Shown: positions 18,101 to 31,600 of the stretch, piece after piece | How the letters are laid out: the number at the start of each line of letters is the position of its first letter | Position numbering within the stretch: the stretch's first letter is position 1 | Source: Vicugna vicugna | Lineage: Eukaryota | DNA: 64,000 bases | Direction of reading: 5' to 3' | Assembly: GCA_013265495.1 (NCBI GenBank) | Contig: MU062317.1 | Span: forward strand, 1,548,229 to 1,612,228 | Position numbers and translations under genes: made by a program | Notes under the pieces: generated by a model | Databases searched by the model: none | What the model was told of the DNA's origin: nothing | What the model saw: only the letters and a program-made list of their open reading frames with translations

Positions 18101-21100
18101 AGCCCGAGGGCACAGGGTCAGAAAAGGGAGGCGCTGCTGGCCTCCCCAGACACAGGCCTCAACACAGACCCAGCGCCAACGGCGACACCCCAAGGCCGGG
18201 GCCTCGTGGGAGGGCCGTGCGCCACCCCCAGGTGGCTGCCAGGTGGGAGGAAGTGGTGGCTCTGAGTCAGAGGGAAAAGTCACCTTCCCCACCCAGGTCC
18301 ACAGTTTTACCCATGGGCCCTGGTGGGAGGCGGGGACCTCAGGCTAAGGGCTCTGAAAGCGAGGTGTCAGGACCCTGACCATCCTAACTAGGGCCGCAGG
18401 TGCTCAGGGAAACAGCAGCAGCGGCCTCGGTCTGCCCAGGTGGGGTCCGCTCTGCCCTGTGCACGGCCACCTGCGTGTCTCCACCGTGCCTGGAGGGGGA
18501 CGCCTGTTCGGGGCAGACGTCAGCTTCAGCCCGAGCGCGGCCTCACAGGTGGGGCCGCCAGGGGTGGGGCACAGCCCCGCTCACAACTACAAGGTTGTGC
18601 ACACACATGATCCGCCAGAGAGGAGCAGCACCCTCACCAGCACCGGACAGGGCTGCTCTGATTTTGTTTTCTTGCTCTGCGGGGCTGACGTCAGCCATCA
18701 CCCCCAGATCCTCCGGTCTGCACCAGGCAATGTGGCTGGGGAACCAGGCGGGAGCAGCCACCCAGGGAGAGGCCACACGAGCAGCGCCAGTGTCCCTGGA
18801 GCTCTGGACCCTGCCCAGCACCGTCAGGTATGAGAGCTGTCCCCACGGAGAGAAGGACACTCTGTGCTGCAGGGCCAGGCCCGGCGGGCAGGACAGGACT
18901 GGGATGGGAGTTCTGCCCCCCGGGGACCAGGCACGGGCGCCGGGCTCGGTGAGTAACCCGCCTCCGGCAGCGTGTGCACAGCAGGTGCCCTAAACCGCCC
19001 AGCTCCCAGACTCTGGTCTGAGGTGGGAGGAAAACGGGGCCGGGAGTGCAGGCTGGGTCCCCCAGGTCCCCGGTTAGCCCGAGTCACCGTGAGGAAGCTA
19101 CGGACACCGGGCCGAAGGCAGGAGGAGGTGAGTGAAGCGATGAACTAGGAGTCACAGGCCTCCAGACGCCAGGCAGAGAAGTCAGTCAGGAAGACTCTCT
19201 GAGGACCCTGTTCTGCCCAACACGCAGAAGGCCTCGGACTGAATCCCAGCCAGCGAGAGGCCCATGGAGGGTGCCACCAGGCACCGGGGTCAGTGCGCTC
19301 AGCTGACTGGGCCGTCCACTCCCAATTCCCAACTGAAGCTGAGCACCCTCCAACTCGGTGCTGACCATCCCTGCTCAAACCTCTGGGCACAGGACTGGGG
19401 TCCAGGTCTGCAGAGAGACTAAGACACCCTGATCAAGACGCCACACTTCCCGAGGGGTCAGATGTCCCGCATCCTGCAGTGCCCACCGGGGTGCAGCTCC
19501 CGGCAGGCAGCCTGGTTCGGCAACAGAGGGGGAAGGTGCAACCGAGAGCTGGCCAGGACACTTAGGTCAACCTTCCCTCCCGTCCAAGAGAGCAAGCAGC
19601 TCCTTTGTCCAAGGGACCACCCAGGGACCGTGCAGAGAGCAAGTGCCCCATGGGGCTGGACCACGGAGCGAGGGCTGCACCTCAGAGGCACAGTCACCCT
19701 AGTTCACGTGGGCACTTCTGGAGCACCGCTGGGAGGGCGCTGGGTTAACACCCTCCACATAAGCTAGAGGTGGGCGTCTGGCCCCTGAACGGGCCCCAGA
19801 CACGTGAGCACCCCGACAGAGGCCCACAGCGCCGGCGGGCAGGGCTCTGCAGGGACATGGCACACGGGGTCCCAGGACAAGACCTGGACACCGAGGCGGC
19901 TGCAGCTGAGCGGTGGAGACGGCGGGCCGGGGGCCTCGGCACACGCCCAGGGCCACGTGGGGCGACACCTCTTACTTCTCGCTCATCAGCAAGCAAAGGG
20001 CCCCCGTTCAGTGAGCCATCTACACAGTGACCAGAATTAGCGTAAGCCCATCTCCAAAGGTCTGCACATCACCTGAGACCCTCCGCGGTAACAAGGCACA
20101 GCAAAGGGGTCAAAGGACAGAGCGTGGGAAACGCAGGACCCAGCGCCTGCAAGGTGTCCTGCCTCTGCCCATCGGTAAGGTCTCCACCCCAGGTCGGGTG
20201 ACACCTCTGCAGCCACGCCCCCGCCACCTCCTCCTCCAGCAACCGAGCGACCTGGAGAAATGCATTTCCTCTTAAATTATGGTTGGTGACAACTGGTTCG
20301 AAGGACACCATCAACCGGGCGTCAGGACCCGACGTCTGCACGGGGCCAGGTGAGCAGCACAGGTGCCTCCTCCGTCAGCTCCTGGAAGGTGGTCAGCCTC
20401 TCCCGGGAAGCAGCTTCACTTCTGGACACACACCACCGAGCAGGCACAGGCTCCACAGATCAGCCCAGGGGCCGCGTCCCAGTCTCATGGGTATGAGCAC
20501 ACACCCTCCAGGTAAGCAGGGGCCCCCATGTGACGCTCACATAGAGCTGCGTTTGCCCTCCCGATGCACGTGCTCTGCTGCGTCACACACCTGCCTGCAC
20601 CACTCCCTTACCCTCTTCTGCAACCCCTCCTGTATCTTTTCCATCACCCCCTCCCACACCCTCTGTCACCAGGTCGCAGCTAGCGAGGAGGGGAGCCTCC
20701 CAAGGGCACACGGAGAGCCGCGCTGCCGGCCGGGGAGAGCAGCCAGTCTCAGATCTGAGCTGGAGGCAGCTGCTCACCCACACGGCGCCTGTACCACTCT
20801 GCCGGCGCGTGCACGGTCAGGCGACAGGGACAGCTGTGTACTAAGGGCACAGGCCGGCTGTGCTCACCCAACACCCAAGGAGCTTCTAATTTCAGGGAAG
20901 GTTTCTGGGAAGTGCGGGGTGGACGGGGGAGAGGGACAGCCGCTGTGTCCTGTCCAGGAGGCACAGCCTGGGGGTAAGATCTCGGGCCAAGTCGCAGCAC
21001 CAACCTCCTCCAGGAAGCCGTAAATGACAGCGCGCCCCTGGAGGCCAGCATGGTGGAAGCGGCAGGAGCACCCATACGCCCAGTTCTTAAACAGGAGATA

Positions 21101-21479
21101 GTGGCCCCAGCCAGGCCCCCGAGGGCCGCGAGCGAGGTGGCCGAGCTCAGTCCGACGTGTGGCTGCAGGGGCTGCTGTTGGAGCAGCACCGCCACGGCTA
21201 CGTGAGCTTCATTTCCGCGCGGTGGAGAACACAAGGCAGAACTCGGCTCTGGCTCCCACATGTCCCGCCTGCGCCACGACCTGGGGACGCCCCGTCACAT
21301 CTCCCGAAGGGGAAGGCTGTCAGCGCAGCTCCCTACGACCAGCTGCTCCCTCACACCGACCATCTCGGAGAAAACCGGGCTGCCCACGGTAGTTAAGGTT
21401 CGGGTGGTGAAGGCACCAGGAAGGGTCCTGCGGCCCGAGCCCCCGCCCCACCAACGCCTGGACGACACCAAAGCACAAG

Positions 21480-22660
21480 AAACAAAAGATGAAACAGGAA
21501 AGGGGGGTTCGTCAAAATCAAAACTTCTGTGCTTCAAAGGACGCCACCAAGAAAGTGAAAAAACAGCCCACAGAATGGAAGAAAAAAGTTGCAAATCATG
21601 TCTGATAAGGGACCTGTATCCAGATAAAGAGCTGCCAAGCTGACAAAAAACCACCAACAAGGCAAAGGACTTGAACAGCCACTTCTCCGAAGACACACCC
21701 ACGGCCAACAGGCACAAGACGACGCCCCCATCACTGACCGCCGGGAAACGCACGTCACATCCGACTATACCCCACGGCGGCTACGAGCAGAAACCAGCAA
21801 GCAAGTGCTGGTGAGGACGGAGGGGAACTGGGAGCCATCGTGCCGCTGGTGGGAAGGTAACGGGGGCAAATGCCAGGGAAGCAGCCTGACGCTTCCTCGA
21901 AAAGTCAAACGCAGAGCTACCACGTGATCCAGCAATCCCAGGCCTCCGTGAACACTGGAAGGGATTGAGAAGAGGGACCCCCAGGCCTTGCCCTGTAACT
22001 TTCCAAGCTGTCACAACTGCAGGAGCCCAGGCCGAGGAGCCAGGAGCACCCGATACCCCTTACACCTGCGCGTTGAGTCCACAACTACCTCAGTGAAGAG
22101 CACAGTTCACAGAGCACGGCGAGGAGCCCCTCTGCCCCCACGCGACGGCCGCAGCTGTGTCAAGCGGGACACGGAGTGCTGCCGAGGACGTGGAGAGCCC
22201 GGAACCTGCCGCACCACTGGTGGAGGGCACGGCGTCACAGCAGCACTAACGTAACGGCCACAACATGGAAACGACCCAAATGTCCATCAGCAGGTGAACG
22301 GATACGCAAAATGGGATCCGGGCCATCCACACATTGGAGCATCGCTTGGCCTGGACAAGGAGTGAGGCGCTGACACTCCGACACTGTGGCACCTTGCACA
22401 CATGGCACTCAGTGGATGGAGCCAGACACAGGCCACCGCGTGGGGTTCCATTGATGTGAAGCATCCAGAACAAGCAAATCCATAGACAGAAAGTGACCAG
22501 TGGGTGCTGGGTGTGGGGGTGCTGGCAGTGTTCTAACATGAGGTTAATGGTGACGGCTGTGCACAGTAAAAACCACTGAGCTGTATGTACTCTCTGAAGG
22601 GGTGAACGCCATGGTGTGTGATTACATCTCAATAAAGTTGTTATGGTGCCTATTAAAAAA
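21480..22660 (+). mobile_element. Old L1M-type fragment (ORF2 3' part and 3' end), decayed and possibly interrupted
   Basis: cagcccacagaatggaagaaaaaagttgcaaatcatgtctgataagggac, gatccagcaatccc, acccaaatgtccatcagcaggtgaacggata, and terminal tacatctcaataaag are all typical L1 3' motifs. Boundaries approximate. Confidence 0.75.
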
Positions 22661-25600
22661 AGGAAATTAATTGTTGGTTGAAAAACCAAAGCACTGAGGT
22701 CAATGGTTCCGACACACATTCCTCCCAGCAAAGGACGAAGCCCCGAGGAGCAGCTCCAGGCGGCCATGGGAGCAGCCACGACAAACACCAGATGCGTGGC
22801 AGAGGTCATGGGAGGTGCAGTTCTCTGCAGAGGGTGGGCAGCCCTCAGGGAGGGGGGACAAGCATGACCCGGAGGCCACTATGTGCTGGGTGGGGGGCAG
22901 GCCCCTGCATCAGGCCTGGGCGGGCAGGCAGCCAGGGTACCTACCGGACGACAATGTGGCCCTAGCCAGGGTCCTGCAGGGGAGGCTGGGGCAGCTCACA
23001 CGCAGGGGTTCAGGCCAGAGGGGTGTCCTCAAGATCCCAGAGGCCCAGCCTGGCCCCCATGGGAGCCCGACCCCCAGCTCTCAGACCTGGTGCCAATTCA
23101 CACACTGGGGCAGATGGCACCGCTCAGACAGCAGTTCACACAGCAGCGGACAGGGGGTGCTCTCAGGTCATCGGATGGCATCCACCTCCCTCCACTGCAG
23201 GTACCCACCCCCTGACCCTTGGCACTTGAAGACCCACGTACCCCTAGATGACATGGCCACCTCCCAGGCGGGACGCCCGGGGGCAGCGTATTCTGGAGAA
23301 TCGACTCCGGCGTCATCTGTGGTGGCGCCACCATCTCGTGAACCACTCAAGGACCTTACACCCCTGAGAACACGGCTGCGCCCCTCGGACAGAGCCTCGG
23401 AAAAGCGGTAAGAGACATTCTTAGAAGCCTACAAATAGGCAAAACCGTGTCTGAGTGTTAACGGAGCATTCTTTCAAGTTACAGATGTCCTATGAAAACC
23501 ACGTTCAGGACTCTTGGCACAGTGCCATCTACTTCTCATTTACAGGCTACAATAAAAATACAACTTTTTTCAACGGGCAGATTTTAGCACGGAATCCCAC
23601 TCCTAAGTGATATTCCCCAGTTAGAAATTCGCTGCACACTCAGAGCTGAGGCAGGAATAAGCGTTTACATTACCCACGGATTCCAGGTGAGGAGTAACAC
23701 AACACACTTGGAAGCGTCACTGAGATTTCCAAGCCCCCAGGGGCAGGGACCAGTGGGGTTTCGTCCCCAGAGCAAGGACAGGTGAGTGTAATAGCCACAG
23801 CCCAGCGGGCTCGAGGTGGGGGCTCCAGGAAGAGCACGGGGAAGCCAGCAGCCAGGCCAGGGGGGCCGGGGGTCTCCCCATGACACCGGGTTGTCGTTTT
23901 GTAATTCTTCTGTCACTTTGCAGGTCAGCAGAAAAAAAGCCCGAACCACAAATAAAGAGATGGCAAGTTCATGAGGGACAGCGTCCTACCCAGGGGGGCT
24001 GTCACAACAGCCAACCCCAAGAAGCTGCCAGGCCACGACCGGGGAGCGGGCGCGGCAGCATCCTCCGCACGCTCTCGACCCCGGGGACGGCCCAGCAGCC
24101 CCTCACGTGGGGCCGAGCTCAGGAGGAAACGCCCTGGCCGCAGGCCCAGAGGAGGGGCAGAGTGAAAACCCCAGCACAAGACAGTCCCGCCGGCCCAGGT
24201 AGGCCCACCGCGCCCCCGTGGGCCCGTGCGGCCAGGGCCAGTGCGAGCACACGTCCTCACCCCGTCAGGACGCAGGGAGGGCCCCCGACAACGGGTAACC
24301 GCAGATCGGCATGGACCCCAGAGATGGACAGGTGGGTGGGGGTCACCACGCAGGCGCCCACAGACCCTACACACGAGGGGTGGGGGCCCTTAGAGTAGGA
24401 ACCCCAAAACAGGTCCAGCACAAGAGGAGCAAATGCAGAAGGAACCCACCATGCGTGTGGACGGGCCAGGGGCGCGGACCCCGCCAGCTCCCGGGCACGT
24501 CACCCCACCCAGAAATGCCCACTTTGCCGGGATCTCCTGCCACGGGGCAAGCTGGGTGCTGAGAGGGCCAGAGCAGCACCCTGGGGGGTGGGATGTGGGG
24601 GTCAGCCCATGGCCACACGCTGGGCCAGCCCTGCCGGGCCCAGAGCTCACTGGTCAGATGCTGCGGGCCCCCACCCCGAGGCCTGCAGAGAAAAGCAGCC
24701 CCTCCCCCAGCGAGGGCAGGGCCTCCGGGGCCACAGCCCCTAAACCCGTGCTCCGCGGCAGGGCCCGCGAGAGCCCCCGCCGCCCCCCAGGCCAACCCTG
24801 CGGCCTGGGCTCAGCACCGGCGCCTGAGCCGGCCCAGGGCCTGCGCTGGGGCCCCGGTCTGGGCGCTGCAGGGCTGTTTCTGTAAGCGCCATTACTGCTG
24901 TCTGCGTGATGGTACATGCTGCATGCTATGCTTGAGTTGACCTATTTTCTGTTTATCGTGGAACAGAGGAAGCAGGTTAAATCTGCAAGACTACCCCAAA
25001 CCCCAAAATGAAGCGAAAATAGCAATTTTAAAGATTCGCTCTGATTTTTTTTAATTTAAGTAGGTCATCGTTTCTGTTACTTCCACACTGTCGATAAGAG
25101 TAAGTCAAGACTTTCCTAAGGAAACAACCCTTGCAGGACGCTCGGTGCCATTTGGCACGTCTCCTCCCCAAGGAGTCGGGACACCACACAGGACAGACCC
25201 TCCGGGCTCCAGGTGCCAGAAGGAAGCTCCCGGGGTCAGGTGTGCCACCAAGTTCCCAAGCCCACCTGGAAATGCCCACCAGCCCATGTCTGTCAAAACA
25301 CAAAGAAACCCACGCACGTGGAGAGAGATGCTGGGGAAGGAAGGGGTGGGCGGCCATCCCTCCTGCAGAGACTTCAGGAAACGAGGGGAGAGGGGGCTCA
25401 CCCCACGGGGGCAGGGCGTCTGGGAAGCAGTTTCCAAGAAGGGGCGTGAGGCGTGACCCCGTGGCTGTGGTGCGCCTAGTCCCCACTGTGCCATGGGCCT
25501 GTGGCCACCAAGGCCTCCCACACCCGTAGCCCCACACCCCTGCAAAACCTGTTACAATTAGGAAGTGAGTGGGAAGTCCCCCGACGGACCAGGCAGGGTG

Positions 25601-28600
25601 GAACAGAATCTTTCTTTTCCTTTGCAGTCACTGGAAAGAAACCGTTAAAAATATTCTTCAAAAAAACCCAAAAAAACCAGAACCCCAAGAACAATTAAGC
25701 TGCTTTGCAAATCCATGGGCTTTGTTCTGGGGCTTATTTCAATTCTACAACAATGTTCTTATTTCTTGAGGGGTGGGGAGCAAACGGGGCTTCTCCCAGC
25801 ACCCTGACTGGCCAGGAGAGGTGGCCACGGGCACGTGGCCCGGGCTCAGCAGAGGTGGCAGGGACACACGCCACTCCATCCAGAACGAGGAAGCGCGGCG
25901 GCACAGGACGCTGCGGCCGCCCTTCCTGGAAGGCTGACTCAGAGCCGCCTTCACGTGGAGAGTGTTCCACGTGGCGGCGGGTGGGGGGGCCCCACGCCAC
26001 CGGCCCACGGCCCTCACCCTCACCTGTGAAGGCCGCTCAGGAGGATCAGCCCCCCACCTCCAACAAGCCTCTGCCCAGGAGCCACCAGGACACGTGCGCG
26101 TGGTCTGCAGACGGGTCCCTGCGGGAGCAGCTGGCACTGGGGGAGGGCAGGCCCAGCGTTCCACAGGGGACAGTCCAGGGGACGCCAGCAGCTGTGCTGG
26201 GATGCTGGCTGCGCTGGGCCGGGCCTCTCCCCCCAGCACTCGGAGCAGCGGCCCTGAGTTTCTGCTCACCTCATGCAGCCACAGACACACCAGACACACA
26301 AAACACCAGGTGCTGCAGTGCGCCCACACAGTGGTCTCGGCTCCCCTCTCCTGACCACGCCCCACCTGCCCTTCCCCCATCGGGGCAGCAGGGGCAAGCC
26401 CCCAGTCCCCTGCTCTCCTCACCACACCCGTGGCCCTACAGGCCCCACACGGTCACCTGCCCTAACCTGCCCCCTCTTCCAAGCTGCACGCCTCCTAGGT
26501 GGGGCCCCAGGCTGCCCTCAGCTGCCTAAATCCACAGCACACCCCCACCGCCTTGCAACCCGACCCTGACAAAGACCTCATCCCTGACTCACGGGACACC
26601 TGTCAGGCTGAGACCAGGGGCATATGTGGGTGTGCATATATGTACTCACACGCGGGCACGGAGCATGCAAGCGTGGAGCGTGTGCACGTGTAACAACACA
26701 CACGTGTGTAGTCTGTCACCTGCACTGGGTGAACAGCTCAGGGAAGACCGGACAAGGGTGGCCTTGGGGATCAGCGGGGGCACAGTTGAGAGGAGGCCTT
26801 TCACAGGCCAGAGCGGGGAGAAGCCTTTCAGCCCCAGACACAGGCAGGCTGCTGGGGCGGCTCCCGCGGGGCCACGGGACAGGTACCAGCCGAAGAGACC
26901 CCGCCCCGCACACATCAGACCACAGCCCTGCCCCAGACGCGGCCAAGGGCTGGGCCTCAGGGCGCTAGAGATGGGGGCCGCAGAGACCACTGGGACCCAG
27001 CGGCCTCCCACCTTGTTCCAGCAAACAGCCTTCTTGCTCCACAGAACACCAGGTGTGGAGGAGGAGATGTTACTCTCTGTAGAAGAGACCGGCAGGTGGA
27101 CAGTGGAGCACCTGGGGGCCCAGGTGAGCAGCCCCAAATTGCATGGAAGGCAGTGGGGGCTGCCGGCATCCCACCCCACAGGACACCGACCGGCGCCATC
27201 TCACCCATCCCCCGGCCCCGTGGGAGGAGCGGCTGCGCCCTGTGGTGAACCACGCGTAACCACCCCGGTCCACGGAGGGCGGGCAGCGGTGAGAAGCCGG
27301 GAACCTGATGGCCAGGGTCCTGGGGGAGGTGACAGAGGTGCTGCCGGCCCGGCACAACGTGGCGCCGCCATGTGGGCATGAAACAGACACACGGGGCGGG
27401 CTGGCCGGTTTTGCGGGGGAGCTCCAAGCACCGAGCACTCCAGGCTGGGAAGAAAGGCCTGTATCCCAGCAGCCATCAGTCCCGAGGGCACTGCCACGGC
27501 CCCAACGGGCCAGCCCTGCAAACCTCAGAGCTGGGCTCATGCGCCTCCCACGGTCAGCTTCCCAACGCACAGACACACACCCTCCAGAGAAGCAGGTGTG
27601 CAGGCCCTGCTCGAGGGCAGCAGAGCCCCTGGGGGAGTGATGGTGCCTCCGGCTCTGCGCATCTGAGGCCCGCGGGAAATGGCAATGCACCCACTCCCCA
27701 ACCCAAATTTCAACGCTGACCGTGCAGGCAAGTCACCAGGCAGGACCAGGAGTGGGGGTGTCCCTGCTCCTTCTGAAACAAGCCCGCACCCCACCGGGCC
27801 CCAGCCCCCCCGCTCCCCTGGGAGGCCCTCAGAGGATGGGGCCCACACACCCATCCCACAGAGGGTCCCCCCGCTGCCTGGCTCCAGGCTCTACCTCCTA
27901 ACATGTCACGTCCGTGGGGAGCAGACGCTCCCAGCACCCACTGTGAGGCGGGCCCAGAGCTTGCCACCGCTCCTGGGTCGGGGGGGTGGCGGTGCCCGGG
28001 ACCAGGTTCTCGGAGGCCAAACTGCCACGTCAAGAGATTTCCATCTCTCTCCATGTAAGGATTTTTCCTGTCCAAGGCCGATGCTTTCTCTGTCTTCAAA
28101 ATCTGAATAAAAATACCCCCAGTGGTATCTACTTGCAGCCGGTGTCCACTCAGGTCAGGGAACGTCCTCCAGGCCCTCCGAGCGGCACCCGCACGGTACG
28201 GCAAGGCTCCTAACCCAGGACATTGGACCCCGGGGCAGGGGAGGGCGGAGAGGCAGTCTGGGCACTCATGCACTGGGCCTCTGCTCCTTTACCTCTCACC
28301 CCGAAGGTGAGATGCGCAGGGCTGGCTTCAGGCATGCATCGTTCACTGGCCTTCATCTCCACTGCGGTCATCCGGGACTCTGATAACCCCACCTTCCATC
28401 CAGTGTTACTATGCATGTGGAGTCCATCGGGGCGGGCGTGCCCGGAGCCAGGGTGAAGCAAGACCCCAATGCCAGGGCTTCCCTCCGTCAGGGAAAGGGC
28501 CATGCGTCCCCCACCCCACACAGCCCAGAAGGAGCTGGAGACAGAGACCTGGGGGGAGAGACAGGTGCCAGGCTCCCAGTCCTCACGCGGAAGGCGGCGG

Positions 28601-31600
28601 GTGTTGGGGAGAGGGCCGAGCCAGCTTGCAGCTGCGTCTCCACCGTCCGGGTGGCAACAGAGCGCACGTGCACGCGTGGGCACAGGAGAGAGCCGTGCGG
28701 TCCGTGACCCAGCACCACGCTCAGCATGCTCATCTGCATTGAAAACTGGCACCGCACAGAGAAGGACAGACAGACCCAGGACAGTAACTTGCATGTTTAA
28801 CTTCTCTCCACTTGAGACGGCGTTAAGTGTCGACGGGCCCTGCCCCCGTGCGGTGAGGGACCTCAGAGAGAGACCACGGGCAGGCACCACAGGGGCCTGG
28901 GCTCTTCCTCCTGCTTCGTGGGGGGCCTCCTCCGCTCACTCGGTCCTCGGACCCGGGGCCACCCAGCCAGGGCCTCGCGGCAGAACCTCAGCTCACACCG
29001 GACGAGGGAGCTTGGAAACCACTTCCTAATCTCTCAAGAAAAATCCCTCAAAGGAAGAGTCCGAGAGCAGCGAAGAGCCGGCATGGGGAGGCGGGACATC
29101 CCTGGAGAGACGGCGGCTGGGTCACACCTCAGTGCAAACGCTTCAGGCTGCCCCTGAGCAGAGCTCAGCACACCACGCAGACCCCGCGCCCCGCCGGCGC
29201 CCGACAACACCTGAGCAGGTCCAAGCAGAGTGGTAAAGCACACCTCTGGGCTCCCAACTCGAGTCACGGTGGAGGTCACTTCTTACCTCTAAGCACCCAG
29301 GACCTAGCTGGGGGTCCCTGAACTCCCCTGCCCGCAGGGCCACTGACAGAGCCACAGGGCTGCAGGGGGAGCGCGGACCCCGCCTGTCGCTGCCCCCTCC
29401 CCAGACACTGGTCTCCTGGGGCAGGAGGAAGGGGCTCACACCAGGGAGCTTCCTCGGGGCATCGGGTGGCAGGAGACGCTGGGGTCACCGGAAGGGCTCT
29501 TGGCGGGGCCCAGGCAGTGGACCTGGTGCATGGAGCGAGGGGGAGATGGGGACGCAGCCTCGGCAGTTGCCTTCACAGTGGCCGTCATACCCACACCTGC
29601 AAACTGCCCCGGGAGAAAGGAGGACCAGTGTCCAGAACGAGCAGGAGGACGACCCTGAGCTGCTGTCACATGGCAGCCCCGGCCAGACCCTCTCAGCCCA
29701 GCTGCGCTCCCCCCGTAGGGGCGGGCCCCAGGCGGCTGCCCCCACCTCCGCAGCTGCCAGAGGCAGCCCCCCGGGGCCCAGGGGCCCACGTGGAGGAAAG
29801 GCGGTGCGGGCGGCTCAGCCACTGCCTCTGCGGAGACGAGGCCCAGCGGGCAGCTGGGGGACCACGCAGGGCCACTGCCTCCCAGCCAGGAAGCGGCAGG
29901 GCGGCCCCGCCCACGCGGCCAGGTCTGTTTTGCTTCCTCGGCGCCTGCGCCACCCCCCCTCCCCCTCCTGGCAGACATGGGCTGTTTTCTCTCCATAGAA
30001 ACCGACACAACACTCAGCGGCTTGGCCAGCCCGGGACAGGGACGGGGCGCTGCCCAGCCGCGGGGCAGCTCAAAGCTCGAGTGATAGCCGCTTCCACTTC
30101 CGGCTGTGGCAATGAGGCCGCCAAGGGACCAGCAAAGTCATCGCTGGCGTGCCCCTGGCGTATCCCCAGAGCCCAGGCTGGAAGACAGTTCACGGGTCCC
30201 CGAAGGTATGACTGTGGAGACCCAGAACCGGAGCCCAGAATCCATCAGCCTGTCCCCAGCCCTGACCCTTTGACACCTCCTACCAGCATGCAGAAAGGCA
30301 GGGCCCCCAGGGTGAGTCCTCGTAAAGGGACAACACCACACCACACAGATGGCACCACATCACTTCACGCCTGGACGAGGGTCTCCAGGGGGACCTGGCC
30401 CCTCCTGCCCAACACTCATCACTGCTCAGTGGGGTGGGGAGGGGACATGGGCCCTGGACAGCCCCAGGGAAGTGGCTGTGTGGGCCAGGCTGGGCCCAGG
30501 GGGACCCTGAGAGGACCCAGGACGTGTGCTACAGGCCTGAGCAGGGCCCAGATGGAGACCCACACACCCACTCTTCCGTCTTGGAGACCAAGCGATAGAG
30601 GCTCTGGCATCTCAGAGCCACAGGCGGTGGAGCTCAGTGTCGCAGGGTCACTGACCCCGAGCACGCCTCCCCCCCCAGGATAACGATGTGGCCCTCCCCT
30701 AGCTGCCCTGAGACCCTACTGCTACCCCTAGCAAAGCACCCCAGGACAGCCCCCAACCCAGGACCTGACCCAACCCCACCCCAGCCCTGGCCGGTGCCAC
30801 CAGCCCAATGTCGTCCCCTCACTACTACCCGCCCCCCGGGCCCCTCCTCCCGCTGCATGAAGGCAAGGACCACCTCCCTGCACGGGGGTGGAGGGCAGGG
30901 CCTCTCACACCAGGCGTGGACCTGCTCTGCTCACGGTGGCCTGGGTCACAGCAGAGACCCCCCACCCCACTTCGTCTCTGACCCTCACTTACTCATCAGA
31001 TGATCAAATTAGGAAGACTGGCGTCTCCTGTTCTATTTCTAACACCCGCACTACAGTTGTCTTCTCAGCTGTCTCCTCCAATGGGCTCACCTTTTAAAAA
31101 CGTGCACATGCGAGGGCCAGGCTCCCGCAGGGACGGCGAGGATGCTCAGCCCCTCCCTTGGCGACAGTGACTGCGACAGTGAAAGGGGCTGCAGTCAGCC
31201 CACGCAGGAGCGTGTCACGGGTGGAAGGGGTATCACCCCGACCACTAAACGTGTCTCCTGAACAACGATGAACACAGATGGCTGGGGAGGAGTGCCCCCA
31301 CTTCACCTGCTTTTTAAGAGACCCCACTTTAAGCAGCTAGAAGACAAACAACTCACTTCCCTCAGAGGAGACCGCCGACTCCAGCCTCGACTTCCCCTCT
31401 CGCGGGGTGTCCACGAGGGGCCAGAATGAGGGAGAAAGAGCCCTTCTGTCTGCAGCGCTGGGAGGTGCGGGTTTGCCTTGGCGGGGGGACAACTTTCCGC
31501 CGCCCGTGCCCCTCCCCAGCCCTGCACTTGCAGCTGGAGCTGTCCTCGGAGGGAAGGAGGCATTTCCTGCGTCCCCCTCCCCCTAATTTCCCGACATTCT

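Noticed and set aside
29466-30683. 405-aa plus-strand ORF in intron 1
   Set aside because: GC-driven composition, no domain or splice logic, antisense to SKI. The same applies to 36447-37505 (352 aa) and similar ORFs.
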